Assembly: GCA_951406725.2 (NCBI GenBank)
Contig: OX597816.1
Span: 94,302,001 to 94,366,000, forward strand
DNA from: Octopus vulgaris
Lineage: Eukaryota
DNA length: 64,000 bases
Direction of reading: 5' to 3'
Shown: positions 42,801 to 52,937 of the stretch, one piece after another
Layout: every line of letters begins with the position of its first letter
Position numbering within the stretch: the stretch's first letter is position 1
Position numbers and translations under genes: made by a program
Notes under the pieces: model-generated
The model's database searches: none
Seen by the model: the letters and a program-made list of their open reading frames with translations, nothing else
Told to the model about the DNA's origin: nothing

Positions 42801-45800
42801 GTGAGGACTGTGCAAGCCATGTACAGAGATGCCGTAAGTAAGGCTAGGGTTGGCAACATGTACACAGAAGAATTCAAAGTAGAGGTTGGGTCCACCAGGG
42901 TTCAGTACTCAGCCCCCTCCTATTTATGATAGTACTCCAGGCAATTACGGAGGAATTCAAGACAGGCTGTCCCTGGGAGCTCCTCTACGCTGACGACCTT
43001 GCTCTTATTGCTGAGTCACTATCAGAACTGGAGGAGAAGTTCCAGGTGTGGAAGGAGGGTTTAGAATCAAGGGGCCTTAGAGTCAACCTAGCTAAAACCA
43101 AAGTACTAATAAGTAGAAAGGTAGACAATCCACAAATATCTTCAGGAAGATGGCCCTGCTCGATCTGTAGAAAAGGTGTAGGTAGAAACTCTATAAGATG
43201 TACCCAGTGTAAGCTATGGACACATAAGAGGTGCAGCAATGTCAAAGGTAGGCTAACTGGGAAGATAGTTTTTGTATGTGGCAGATGCTCGGGAGCGTTA
43301 ACCTCCGAAAATCTGCAGAAAACAACTTCCGTCACTTTCCAGGGGGAAAAACTAGAAGTAGTTGATAGCTTCCGTTATCTAGGTGACCAAGTCAGTAGTG
43401 GGGGTGGGTGCGCTAAAAGTGTAACTGCTAGAATAAGAATAGCCTGGGCAAAGTTTAGGGAGCTCTTACCTCTGCTGGTGACTAAAGGCCTCTCGCTCAG
43501 AGTAAAAGGCAGACTGTATGATGCGTGTGTACGAACAGCCATGCTACATGGCAGCGAAACATGGGCCGTGACTGCTGAGGACATGCGTAAGCTCGTGAGG
43601 AATGAAGCCAGTATGCTCCGATGGATGTGTAATGTCAGTGTACATACTCGACAGAGCGTTAGCACCTTGAGAGAAATGTTGTACCTAAGAAGCATCAGTT
43701 GTGGTGTGCAAGAGAGACGATTGCGCTGGTATGGTCATGTGGCGAGAATGGATGAAGATAGGTGTGTGAGAAAGTGCCAATCCCTAGCAGTTGAGGGAAC
43801 CCGTGGAAGAGGTAGACCCAGGAAAACCTGGGACGAGGTGGTGAAGCACGACCTTCGAACTTTAGGCCTCACTGAGGAAATGACCAGAGACCGAGACCTT
43901 TGGAAATATTCTGTACGTGAGAAGACCAGGCAGGACAAGTGAGCCCAGCCCACTTATGAATGCCTTTCCTCCCTTGGACACAAAGACCGGTTGAGGCAAG
44001 CGAAGTCGATATAGAACCTCATCCGACGACAGACACCCATGCCAACCCCCCATGCTTGCGAAGACATGTTGGGGCAAGCGAAATCGAAATCGAAACCGAA
44101 TTGAACCAGCCAGGATCCCTGGCCTGGTGGTACGTAAAAAGCACTATCCGACTCGTGGCCGTGGCACGTAAAATACTCCAATGCGACCGTACGACAGGCA
44201 CCCATGCCAACCCCCTTTGCTTGTGAAGACATGTTGGGGCAAGCGAAATCGAAATCGAATTGAACCAGCCAGGATCCCTGGTCTGATGGTACGTAAAAAG
44301 CACTATCCGACTCGTGGCCGTGGCACGTAAAATACTCCAATGCGACCGTACGACAGGCACCCTTGCCAACCCCCTTTGCTTGTGAAGACATGTTGGGGCA
44401 AGCGAAATCGAAATCGAATTGAACCAGCCAGGATCCCTGGTCTGGTGGTACGTAAAAAGCACTATCCGACTCGTGGCCGATGCCAGCACCGCCTCGACTG
44501 GCTTCCGTGCCGGTGGCACATAAAATACACCAATCTGACCGTGGCCGTTGCCAGCCCCGCCTGGCACCTGTGCAGGTGGCACGTAAAAAGCACCCACTAC
44601 ACTCACGGAGTGGTTGGCGTTAGGAAGGGCATCCAGCTGTAGAAACATTGCCAAATTTAGACTGGAGCCTGGTGCAGCCTTCTGGCTTCCCAGAACCCCG
44701 GTCGAACCGTCCAACCCATGCTAGCATGGAGAACGGACGTTAAACGACGATGATGATGATGATGAGTCATATTATTTTGAGTTTATCTAACTTTATACAA
44801 GAGGAGTCAAAAAGATAAAATTCTCTGTTTATATTGTCTTTGTATCAACATTTGAGATTAGAAATGAGGCTGATTTATCATTTTAAGGCCAATGACACAT
44901 AATAATCGTAGTTCAGTGAGTGTAGCTTCTATTGTTTCCACTTACTCTTCTCTTTCTATTCTGGTTTGTTTGAAGCTACACCATACGCATTTAGTACTTT
45001 CACAGTCCAGAATATAAAGAAATTATATTTTGGGACAATTACCATCACAGTAGACTGAAATTAGTTCCTACATAGAATTGACATAAATTAGAAAATAATT
45101 AGAATGTTTTCTTGTTGCCTTTTTCTGCTACCATTTTCTATTTTATAGTCTTAAACTTATTAGACTAATGAAAATTATATACATTTATATACCACATGGT
45201 TCGGGGTCCAGTCCTACTGCATGGCACCTTCGGCAAGTATCTTCTACTATATCCTCAGGCTGACCAAAGCCTTGAGTGGATTTGGTAGATGGAAACTAAA
45301 AGTAGCCCGTCATATATATATATGAACATGTGTATGTGTGTGTGTGTGTTTGAGTGAGTGTTTGTCCACTGCCACCACTTGACATCTGGTGCGGGTGTAT
45401 TTACATCCCCATAACTTAGTACTGACTGAAACAAGTAAAAGACAATAGGTGAAAGAAGAGAAAAGACATATTATACCCATAATTATTGAAACAATTGAAT
45501 ATGTAATCAACTGCCTCAGCACCAATTTGGAGAATTCAGGGTTCTCAAAACCAGAAAGGGGAAAGCTAATTAGAAGACTACCAGTAAAACTTCCCAAAAG
45601 TTTAGCATATTAGTACATATGCACATGTCTAAATATGCAAACTGTATGTAGTAGTAGACATACATAAACCAAAATATACAAGTCTGCACATGTACTGATG
45701 CCAAATGCTTACATGTAACACACATACATAAACAATTGCCATGTTGATATTGTTGAAATTCTAATGAAAGGACCTAAGATCTAGGGTCAAACCAACTCTT

Positions 45801-48800
45801 TCTCCACTAGTGAGAAATCTAGAAATAAAACTAAATAATAGCATACATATGTACTACTACTGCTACTACTACTACACACAAACATTTGTATGAGTATTAT
45901 AGTTTACTATCAAAGAAATAGTGTGAAGAGCCTCTTCAAAGGCAAAGTGGAACTTAATAACTCATTAATTCATAGGAATTGATAAATTATTCATTCTCTT
46001 TGCATTGTGAAAATACTGCTTTATTTGTTTTCCTCTATATATTGTCATCGTTTTACCATCCGCTTTTCTATGCTTGCATGTGTTGGATGATGTTTATTGA
46101 GATGGATTTTCTACAGTTGGATGCCCTTCCTCTCACCAATCCTTTCCTATTTCCAAGCAACATAATATTTTCCCATGACCAGACATGCTTTCTCAAAATA
46201 TTGGAAATAAACGAAAATGTTTGCATGCTTGATAGTTGTAAATGAGTGTCACTATCAATGTCAAAACAAGATGTAAATGTACATCCATGCACACGTGTGT
46301 GAATGAGTGTATATATGTAAATAAAACAATATATGTTGGTCTTCCACACAGTTTCCATCTACCAAATTCATTCACAAAGCTTTGTTCAGACCAGGCTGTA
46401 GAAGACACTTGCCCAAGGTGCCATTCTGTAGGACTGAATCTAAAGTCAAATGGTTGCAAAGTGACCTTCTTAACCATACAGCTATGCCTCTACCTACTCA
46501 CACACACATGATGGGCTTCTGCACAGTTTTCACCTGTCCAGTTCACTTACAAAGCATTGACTTAGACTATAACAGAAATCATTTACTCAATGACAGTGGG
46601 ATCAAACCACATCACTGCAAAGTGAACTTCTCAACCGCACAGCAATTCCTGCTTTATTGATATATTACTATAACATCTATGAGAAATACGGATAAAATTT
46701 AATAAAATACTGTGTCACTAAAATGATTATGTTCTATTAGGCTCTCTTTTCTCTTTCCAGAATGATAATGTTGGTGCTCTCTATGGAATGGCCACTGCTT
46801 ACATGGTTCAGAAGCAAGTCCCCAAAGCTAGGAATCAACTAAAACGTATTGTGAAATTAAACTGGACTTGTGAGGTGAGTAGTTTACTTTAAACATCACC
46901 TTTTAAAAGATGCTGGAGTTGTTCAGAGGATTTGTCTGTTGTTGTTTCACTTAAGATCAATCCTGATTGAACAGACCTATGACAGAAAACATTCCAGCAG
47001 TGACCCTTCCATTTTTTTCAGACTTATATGCAGGCATGGATGTGTAGTAAGAAGTTTGCTTCCCAACCACATGGTTCTGGGTTCAGTCCCACTGCATGGA
47101 ACCTTGGGCAAGTGTCTTCTATAACCTCAGGCCAACTAAAACATTGTATGTGGATTTGATAGGCAGAAACTGAAAAGAAGCCTGTCATATATACGTGTGT
47201 GTGTCTGTCTGTTTGTTCACCTCCACCACTTGACAACAAGCACTGGTGTGTTTATGTCCCTGTAACTTAGCAGCTTAGCATTAAAAAAACTGATAGAAAA
47301 AGTACCAGGCTTTAAAAAAATACTGGAGTCGATCTGTATGACTAAAATTCTTCAAGGCGCTATTCCAGCATAGCCACAGTCTAATGACTGAAACAAATAT
47401 AAAAGCCAAGTTACAGGGATGTAAACAAACCAACACTGGTCATCAAGTAGTGGTTAGAAACAAATGCACTCAAACATATATATACTACAGGCTTCTTTCA
47501 CATGACTTTGGTCAGCCTAGGGCTATAGTAGGAGACATTGGCCTGAGGTGCTGCACCTTGAAACTAAACCCAAGGCCTCATGGTTGCAAAGCAAGCTTCC
47601 TGTCCACACAGCTATACTTTTAATATAATTCGCAAGCTGAATCAGCATGTCATGGCACTAATATTGGAGTTGCTCTATAATAAATGGGAACGAGCAAATA
47701 CTGGGAAAAATGATTAATTACTTTTTCTACAAGACTCTACCATTTAAATTACAAGTACAAACTACCCGACAGGCTTTTAGACAGTTTTTGTCTACCCAAT
47801 TTCATTTGCAAGGTATGTTTTTGAGCTGAGGCTATTAAAAATGTTATTTGTGCAAGGTGTCGCTCGGTGGAATCAAACCTAGGGTGTTGTTGTAAAGTGA
47901 ATACCTTAGCTATTCCATTCTTCTTTTCTGCAATCCTCAATGTATATTATGTGTTTTCTAATTACAGAATGCCGAAATTATGGAAAAAAGCTGGCTTCTT
48001 CTAGCAGATATTCATATTCAGGTATCACACTTTTGTTTATAACTTATAATGATAAACTTCTGCTTAATGAACTAACTGGCTCACTATTCTGGAATGTAAA
48101 TGTATAACCATTTGTGTGTATGTGTGATTAAGAACTGCAGTTTGTGATGCAGTCTACTGCATCTAGGGTGATAGTAACTCTGAATATGAACTGATACTGG
48201 CTAGAGGAAACTATTCAACCCTGCTTGCTTATAAGAACCTCTCAAATGCTGGTGGCATAATAAAATGCTTGCAGTACACTCTGTAAAGTAGTTGGGAATA
48301 GGAAATGCATCTAGTCATAGACATCATGACAAATTTGGGATGTACAAGCAAGACACGGAGCGATAACACCAAATAAAAACTGAGATAAATTGTTTAAACC
48401 TACCTAACCACTAAGAGAAAACAGACACAAAAACAAGCAGTGGCTGCAACAAGAAGGAGGTATATGACAGTGTGTGTGTGTGGGGGGGGTTCATTTGTAG
48501 TACATCAGAAATCCTATATATTTATGGCAAGTTTTTTTTTGTGACATTTATTCCTTTTTTTTTTTTTCTTACTGCAATGTACAATATTCCTTTTTCAGTC
48601 TGGCAAATATGATATGGCTCAAGAATTACTGAAGAAATGTTTGACCCATAATAAAGTAAATTATCTTTGGTCATTGACCATTCTTATTTATATACATATG
48701 TATGTGTGTGCTCTTATATTTATATATGTGTATACAAGAGGTTTTATGAATGTATGTTTCTATTAATGTGTGTGTGTGTGAGTAATTTGTGTTTGTGTAT

Positions 48801-51800
48801 TAGCAGACATTAAAGTAACTATTTTCATTGGTTTTATTCTTTTGAGGAGATGAGTTCTACTGGGTTTTTACCATAGCTCAACTTTTTAACAGAGCTACAG
48901 TCTTGAGTCAATCAAAAGAGGGCAGTTGTCATCTGAATTTTTTCAAGTGATCACAGCTCTCAACCAGTCAAACAGAAAGTCAGTAAAAGTTCCACTTTGC
49001 TTGTTGTATTGAAGACTAGTGGTAAGCGAGAATAAGAACATTCTCAGGGACATGCTGAGCATTTACAAACATCAATTGGATAGTCTATTCTAAAGGACTT
49101 TAAAGTCAAGGTTCATGAATAACTTTCAGAAATCTCTGACCTGGTAGTGCTAGCAGGTCTTAGAAGGATGAAAATGTATTAGCAAGGGATTCAACTAAGT
49201 TAATATAGAAGCAAACATTAACTGATATTAAGAAGAGTAAACATATATTACATTAGTGTTATCTTCTATAATGCACAGAGTATTTAATAGTAAATAGTAA
49301 ATGTGGTGAAGGAAATATGATCTTAGTGAATGAGTGATGATATACTACTTTTCCTAACAAATATGGGAGACAACTGTGAATATGTTTTGACCATTCTGAT
49401 CTCACTTACAAAGCATAGTCTCTATTGTACTTGGTAAAGCAGGAGTGGAAGAATTACTAAATAAATGGACAAGATTGTGAGATGGAAGGGCCTAGTTTGA
49501 GGTGCAAGGATCTCTGAAAGTAGCTGAACATTATTCAGCCAGTGAAAAGCTTATTCATAGGAACTTGTTACATTATCTATAATCAAGTCTGATACCTTAT
49601 TTTTGCTTCATTTAAAAGCAATCAGTAGTTTCTGTAGAAATATTTTATCTTTTGATACCAACCTGCATAAGACTGCACTGGGTTTACAATACAAACTTCC
49701 TGTGGTTGAAATTAGTACCATCTTTCAAAATTTCTTGATAATTTATGTTCCAAATGCTAGCTTAATTAGGATTAAGATATTTTATTACATTCTTTGTTAT
49801 TTTTTACAATTTGAATGAAACAATGGTAGTCTATCATCAACAGATATAGCAAAAGGGTTAATTTTGATTTCTATTTGAATACCAACAGAATTATTTCCTT
49901 TTCATTTAACAACACACACACAATGAGATATGGAGATTTTATTAAGGGAAATATATTGTTTGGATTTATTGTGAATGAATGGTGTAACTAAAGATGAAAC
50001 TATGTAATCACATTGACATATAGTTTAAACATTTCCAGGGAAACCGTGAGAGCGGGGAAAAATAAGGTTTGACACTGGTGTTCTGGAGATGAAGGAATGA
50101 GCATAGCGGTTACAGTGGGGACAGGCAAAGGTGTGGACACTGCTTGAGTGGCCTGAAGAGAGACTTGTATGGTATGCTAGATGGGCTTAAGTGGAGTTAG
50201 TATAAAACTAGTTAATTCAGAGAAAGTGAGGCCATCGTAGTAGCAACAGAATAACTTACATGAAGATGGTGCATCTGTTGGCAAGGGGTTGCAGTGTGCT
50301 GGATAACGAGTTTTTGTTACTCAGTGGAATGATTTGGTCTTGGGTGTGCAGCTACAGCACTATCCCCAGGCTGGGAGCAGGGTGGGTCTTTGTTAAGCTT
50401 TGTAGAAAAGCAGTAGATAAGAATATAAGTATTTTCTCATCCTGAGTAAGAGAGCTAGTTTTTTAAAGTGAAATTTTAGCTATATTGGAAATATGGGATT
50501 ATCTGTATTAATGAGGATAGGATATAGTTCATGAAAGTAAGGCTAAAAATAATACTAAGGAGTAAATATACTTTAGTAGAAAAGTGTAAGATATGAGAGG
50601 CATATAGAGAATGTTGAACAGTGTGTGTGTAAAGAAGGATTGTTAGAAACAAGGAGAAAGACAATATAGTTGAGCTTTTATAGAATTCTACTGAAAGGAA
50701 CATGTAGAAAAATTCACAGAGTATGCATTCTTATTCTTCAGAGTTGCTGTAAAGCCTATGAATATTCTGGTTTCATTATGGAGAAAGAACAGTCTCATAA
50801 GGATGCTGCTGAATACTATGAAAAAGCCTGGATCCATGGCAGAAAAAACAACCCAGTCATTGGTATGTAGTATGTTTGCTCTTGATTACATTCAACCATG
50901 TGTGTATAACTGTTTACTATTCTCTCTGCATTTGCATATGTATGCCTTTGAACACAAATATATGTGTTCAATCTGTATGATTAATATACAATTGTCCTTC
51001 AATTTGCATACTTTTATGAGTTACTATAGAAGTAGAATTAGTGGATAGATACATTTTTAATGGTATTGATAAAAAATATATCTCTATAAAATTTAAGCAA
51101 TTGTTTATTGAAATGGAGAAAGAAGATATGGTTAATATATATATATGTGTGTGTGTGTATGTATATGTATGTAATAATAGTTTGGCTGTCATCTTTATCT
51201 GACAGTGACCTCATAGCTACTGAGAAATAAAATAAGTGGAGGGTGAGAGAAGGAAGACACATGAGTATTGCTCATTTATTTATTCTTCTGTGATCTAGAA
51301 GGCCTTTTTGTGTCACATAGCACACACTGAAATTCTTTTGTACCAGGGTTGTTGTGTTATGTTTGAGTTCTGAGCCTCTACTGTGAGAGATTTATAAAGC
51401 TTCAAAATCCTTCAAGTCTCTGGTGCTCCTTTCTTCCATGCAGACATGTCTTCTCTTAAATTTGGGTCGATTTTGCAGTCTTTCACCGTTGCTTTCAGTA
51501 TATATTTGAATCTTTTACTTGATGTGCCAACATTACATTTTCCATTTGTAAACTCAGAATGGAAGATTGGCTTTGACAATCTACAACTTGTCAATCTAAT
51601 ATTCCAGCCCTATGCAGTGTGATTTATATAATAGAGGATAGTTTAATTTGCATATCTGTGCACATTAATTAATGTATATTTTACACACACAAGTTATTTT
51701 AGATTCCACTATATTTGTGTGAATATAACATACTCTGACTGCAGTATATGGTATTTATACCTACTTTGTTTCATATCAAGCAAGATTATTTCCCCAATGA

Positions 51801-52449
51801 TACTGGGATCCTGTCTTCTTTCCTACTTAAACCTTAGGCTCTTTCTACTTCTACCCTCAAGCCAGTTGATTCTAAGTTCAGCTTCTATACCTTTAATTTC
51901 CTCTCAAAGTCCACTATATGAGAATTAGGTCATCAGCATATAAGAGTTCCCATGGACATCAGCTCTCTCCTATTCAACATAAGCAGTCACTGAAGACTGA
52001 GCTTTGATGGACCTCTGTCATCATGTTATGTTCTTGAGTTCAGTTGGCGTATATCTTGCTAATTTAGACATTTGCAGTAAACATTCAACTTGTTCACTAA
52101 AACTTCATCAGGTTATAAAGTCTTTAGATATATCTCTTAACTATTTTCTTCATGTATTTCTATGCCTACTTTTGTATATATATATATATATTTATCTATT
52201 TTTATAGGATACAAGCTTGCCTTCAACTACCTTAAAGCCAAACGCTATACTGAAGCCATTGATATTTGTAATTTGGTAAGAATTCAGTTTCAAAAACTAT
52301 TTGTGATTAATTAGGACTAATTTTTAAGTTAACATGTTATATAACCATTTTGTCTTCTTTTTTCCTTATAGGTACTGGCTTCTCATCCAAATTATCCAAA
52401 AATACAGAAAGAAATCCTTACTAAAGCAAGATCTAACTGGCGGACCTAG
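855..52449 (+). CDS. TTC21B: Tetratricopeptide repeat protein 21B / IFT139 ortholog; 5'-partial multi-exon gene (32 coding exons in window)
   Basis: Manually spliced exons all have GT-AG boundaries and compatible phases. The translation matches TTC21B as I recall it throughout (e.g. [84 protein letters not shown]). Stop TAG 52447-52449. Confidence 0.96.
1558..1642 (+). CDS. TTC21B: TTC21B exon: [28 protein letters not shown]
   Basis: ttcag/gtaggt, 85 nt, in frame. Confidence 0.9.
2745..2843 (+). CDS. TTC21B: TTC21B exon: [16 protein letters not shown]...LFCRI
   Basis: atag/gtaagt, 99 nt, phase 0-0. Confidence 0.88.
3279..3471 (+). CDS. TTC21B: TTC21B exon: CGRNELILQ...[10 protein letters not shown]
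   Basis: ttcag/gtacaa, 193 nt. Confidence 0.92.
4296..5780 (-). mobile_element. hAT (Charlie/Buster, ZBED5/SCAND3-like) transposon relic, 5'-truncated
   Basis: Terminus CAGTGGTTCTTAACC preceded by ACCTAGAC (Charlie-like target). Frameshifted transposase pieces [51 protein letters not shown]. Confidence 0.88.
6013..6110 (+). CDS. TTC21B: TTC21B exon: [33 protein letters not shown]
   Basis: tttag/gtaagt, 98 nt. Confidence 0.93.
6785..6892 (+). CDS. TTC21B: TTC21B exon: [13 protein letters not shown]...HFSTFK
   Basis: gtag/gtacct, 108 nt. Confidence 0.92.
7175..7267 (+). CDS. TTC21B: TTC21B exon: [31 protein letters not shown]
   Basis: ttcag/gtgagt, 93 nt; LNPDFL motif. Confidence 0.93.
8489..8618 (+). 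CDS. TTC21B: TTC21B exon: [10 protein letters not shown]...LAKVKYLC
   Basis: ttcag/gtaagt, 130 nt. Confidence 0.93.
9434..9519 (+). CDS. TTC21B: TTC21B exon: [29 protein letters not shown]
   Basis: gtag/gtaaat, 86 nt. Confidence 0.93.
9924..10230 (+). mobile_element. tRNA-derived SINE with Nin/Deu-like central domain
   Basis: GGCGAGCTGGCAGAA...GAGTTCAAATTCC (box B) then GCCTTTCATCCTTTCGGGGGTCAATAAATTAAGTACC. Related minus copies at ~11750-11940 and 61200-61380. Confidence 0.7.
10990..11460 (+). mobile_element. 3' fragment of a CR1/L2-group LINE
   Basis: Remnant ...[15 protein letters not shown], typical CR1/L2 ORF2 C-terminus. Confidence 0.65.
12307..12378 (+). CDS. TTC21B: TTC21B exon: [24 protein letters not shown]
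   Basis: ttcag/gttagt, 72 nt. Confidence 0.92.
12718..12811. repeat. (CA)n(TA)n compound microsatellite
   Basis: Direct reading. Confidence 0.95.
14580..14700 (+). CDS. TTC21B: TTC21B exon: [19 protein letters not shown]...LPGMKAS
   Basis: gaag/gttaga, 121 nt. Confidence 0.92.
15424..17544 (-). mobile_element. Older, decayed 5'-truncated copy of the same RTE LINE
   Basis: [25 protein letters not shown]; homologous to 42454-44764 with many indels; (CAT)n at ~15424-15443. Confidence 0.92.
17622..17719 (+). CDS. TTC21B: TTC21B exon: [32 protein letters not shown]
   Basis: gaag/gtaagg, 98 nt, phase 1-0. Confidence 0.88.
19153..19391 (+). CDS. TTC21B: TTC21B exon: [14 protein letters not shown]...LYANCY
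   Basis: gcag/gtataa, 239 nt. Confidence 0.95.
20667..20739 (+). CDS. TTC21B: TTC21B exon: [24 protein letters not shown]
   Basis: ttcag/gtgagt, 73 nt. Confidence 0.94.
21514..22435 (+). mobile_element. 3' end of RTE LINE (or derived non-autonomous element) with an expanded ~62-bp minisatellite
   Basis: Starts GAGAAAACCCGGCAAGACCAGTGA (EKTRQD-stop region) and ends (GAT)n. About 10 units delimited by TAAAAGCACC between ~21639 and 22265. Confidence 0.88.
22725..22835 (+). CDS. TTC21B: TTC21B exon: [18 protein letters not shown]...THQYGK
   Basis: tcag/gtaagt, 111 nt. Confidence 0.94.
22998..23050 (+). CDS. TTC21B: TTC21B exon: [17 protein letters not shown]
   Basis: gtag/gtatga, 53 nt. Confidence 0.9.
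23103..23327. repeat. Fold-back palindrome formed by two head-to-head RTE-tail fragments
   Basis: GAGCTGGTATGGTTGGGG...GTATGGCTTCTATGGTT pairs with AGCCATAGAAACCATAC...CCCCAACCTTACCAGCTC, with a 13-nt loop. Confidence 0.75.
23446..23534 (+). CDS. TTC21B: TTC21B exon: [29 protein letters not shown]
   Basis: ctag/gtgagt, 89 nt. Confidence 0.92.
23761..24410 (+). mobile_element. 5' half of a decayed mariner transposon
   Basis: TA then TGAGGGTGGGCTGAAAAGTTC terminus. Remnants [40 protein letters not shown]; truncated near the first catalytic D. Confidence 0.85.
25368..25835 (-). mobile_element. RTE-tail element (SINE or truncated LINE 3' UTR)
   Basis: (CAT)n then GTTTAACGTCCGCTTTCCATGCTAGCATGGGTTGGAC...GGATGCCCTTCCTAATGCCAACCAC. 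Related copies at ~8920-9056(+), 9604-9780(-), 22490-22655(+), 24590-24757(+), 24900-25180(+), 34640-34820(-), 39200-39445(+), 41775-42110(+), 58090-58270(-), 60070-60250(-). Confidence 0.85.
25949..26075 (+). CDS. TTC21B: TTC21B exon: [20 protein letters not shown]...KAKDLQI
   Basis: tcag/gtaagt, 127 nt. Confidence 0.88.
27783..27848 (+). CDS. TTC21B: TTC21B exon: [21 protein letters not shown]
   Basis: ctag/gtaatt, 66 nt; EQPDAV motif. Confidence 0.92.
27995..28163. repeat. ~76-bp-arm inverted repeat (hairpin), probably Penelope-derived
   Basis: Left arm 27995-28071 pairs with right arm 28088-28163, with a 16-nt spacer. Confidence 0.8.
28644..28746 (+). CDS. TTC21B: TTC21B exon: [34 protein letters not shown]
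   Basis: gcag/gtatgt, 103 nt. Confidence 0.92.
29200..29760 (+). mobile_element. Decayed Penelope-like element GIY-YIG endonuclease fragment
   Basis: [39 protein letters not shown] resembles the PLE pattern FTC...IY..C..C...YIGETGR.L..RF.EH. Confidence 0.55.
30025..30408. mobile_element. MITE-like element with ~70-bp imperfect inverted ends
   Basis: TATTTCCTATTTG...CCTTCAAACTTTGCTTTTGT (30025-30095) is the reverse complement of ACAAAAGCAAAGTTTGAAGG...CAAATAGGAAATA (30337-30408). Confidence 0.7.
31052..31162 (+). CDS. TTC21B: TTC21B exon: [10 protein letters not shown]...DKDNVAATM
   Basis: gtag/gtgagt, 111 nt. Confidence 0.93.
32142..32223 (+). CDS. TTC21B: TTC21B exon: [27 protein letters not shown]
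   Basis: ttcag/gtgaga, 82 nt. Confidence 0.92.
33181..33331 (+). CDS. TTC21B: TTC21B exon: [10 protein letters not shown]...[12 protein letters not shown]
   Basis: gcag/gtaaga, 151 nt. Confidence 0.92.
34064..34225 (+). CDS. TTC21B: TTC21B exon: ...FNMARKD...[23 protein letters not shown]
   Basis: ttcag/gttaga, 162 nt. Confidence 0.94.
35446..35509 (+). CDS. TTC21B: TTC21B exon: [21 protein letters not shown]
   Basis: ttag/gtaaga, 64 nt. Confidence 0.92.
35690..35990 (+). mobile_element. Possible non-autonomous Helitron/DINE-like repeat
   Basis: AAATTTCATCAAAATTGG motif, internal (AC)n and a TTTTATAGATATAGAT end. Confidence 0.4.
36697..36822 (+). CDS. TTC21B: TTC21B exon: [14 protein letters not shown]...[16 protein letters not shown]
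   Basis: gtag/gtaagt, 126 nt. Confidence 0.92.
37335..37640 (+). mobile_element. tRNA-derived SINE (different family, Meta-like central domain)
   Basis: Box A TGGCCGAGTGGTTAGAGC, box B GGATTCAAATCTC, central TGTGACAGACTGGCATCCCATTCAG, (AAC)n-like tail. Confidence 0.6.
39703..40004. mobile_element. MITE-like element (~300 bp) flanked by TA-rich repeats
   Basis: GGTTACC..TTTCACGTCCATAAAG..CTTAGCTTTAC vs GTAAAGCTAAG..CTTTATGGACATGAAA..GTAACC inverted arms. Confidence 0.65.
40890..41130 (-). mobile_element. Penelope-like pseudo-LTR fragment with hammerhead-like core
   Basis: Minus strand reads GTTT-CCGACGA-AGAGCTCCGCTT-GAAAC-GTT-AAAC; adjoins a long GT-rich tract. Confidence 0.5.
41187..41773. 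repeat. Long degenerate (GT)n/(GTAT)n tract ending in (TA)n
   Basis: Direct reading. Confidence 0.9.
42454..44764 (+). mobile_element. 5'-truncated RTE-clade LINE (RT C-terminal half, repeat-rich 3' UTR, (GAT)n tail)
   Basis: [56 protein letters not shown]. Frameshift near 42890; stop 43942; (GAT)n tail ending ~44764. Confidence 0.95.
46761..46874 (+). CDS. TTC21B: TTC21B exon: [38 protein letters not shown]
   Basis: ccag/gtgagt, 114 nt. Confidence 0.94.
47028..47400 (+). mobile_element. tRNA-derived CORE-like SINE
   Basis: GCAGGCATGG..TGTAGTAAGAAGTTTGCTTCCCAACCACATGGTTCTGGGTTCAGTCCCACTG..ACCTTGGGCAAGTGTCTTCT. Copies at ~26245, 31358, 36975, 45190, 53517 (+) and 42110, 46335 (-). Confidence 0.75.
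47968..48021 (+). CDS. TTC21B: TTC21B exon: [18 protein letters not shown]
   Basis: acag/gtatca, 54 nt. Confidence 0.93.
48599..48655 (+). CDS. TTC21B: TTC21B exon: [19 protein letters not shown]
   Basis: ttcag/gtaaat, 57 nt. Confidence 0.93.
50742..50862 (+). CDS. TTC21B: TTC21B exon: [17 protein letters not shown]...NPVI
   Basis: ttcag/gtatgt, 121 nt. Confidence 0.95.
51300..51620 (-). mobile_element. Old RTE/BovB-like LINE C-terminal fragment
   Basis: [39 protein letters not shown] resembles the RTE ORF2 C-terminus. Confidence 0.6.
52208..52275 (+). CDS. TTC21B: TTC21B exon: [23 protein letters not shown]
   Basis: atag/gtaaga, 68 nt. Confidence 0.95.
52372..52449 (+). CDS. TTC21B: TTC21B terminal coding exon: [25 protein letters not shown]
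   Basis: atag acceptor, 78 nt to TAG. Confidence 0.95.
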   Translation, partial: VLASHPNYPKIQKEILTKARSNWRT

Positions 52450-52519
52450 AAACTTAACTATCATCTTTGTAAAATTATCTAGTCTGGAAATGTTTATTTC
52501 TTCTTAAAAAGTGTTTGTT

Positions 52520-52525
52520 AATAAA
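52520..52525 (+). promoter_or_regulatory. Candidate polyadenylation signal for TTC21B
   Basis: AATAAA ~70 nt after the stop codon. Confidence 0.5.
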
Positions 52526-52937
52526 TCTAGTGTAATATATTTTATACACAATCTGGTCAGTTTTTCTCGGCTACCTTTTAATTTTATCTCAATCAACAGT
52601 TCATTTGTTCATTCATGTTGCTAATTTGTAAGTCATTAGTCTATGAGGAACTTATTGTATAAATAATTTTCATATAAATCAATATACCATAACATGTGGA
52701 TGTGCACCTATATTTCCATTTTTCCTGTTAGAACTAATTACTTTTTTAATCTCCTGAAAGCTTCGTGGTCCTATCAAAAATCAAGAGAAACTGGAGATTA
52801 CTCTTACATTTCATTATTCTCCAATCATTATTATATTCAAAGTAAATCATTACATTTAAATATCTTTCATATGAAACAAGATCTTTATTTCAAGATACTG
52901 AAATTGCAAATGTTATTTAACTGTCAACAGATTTGCT

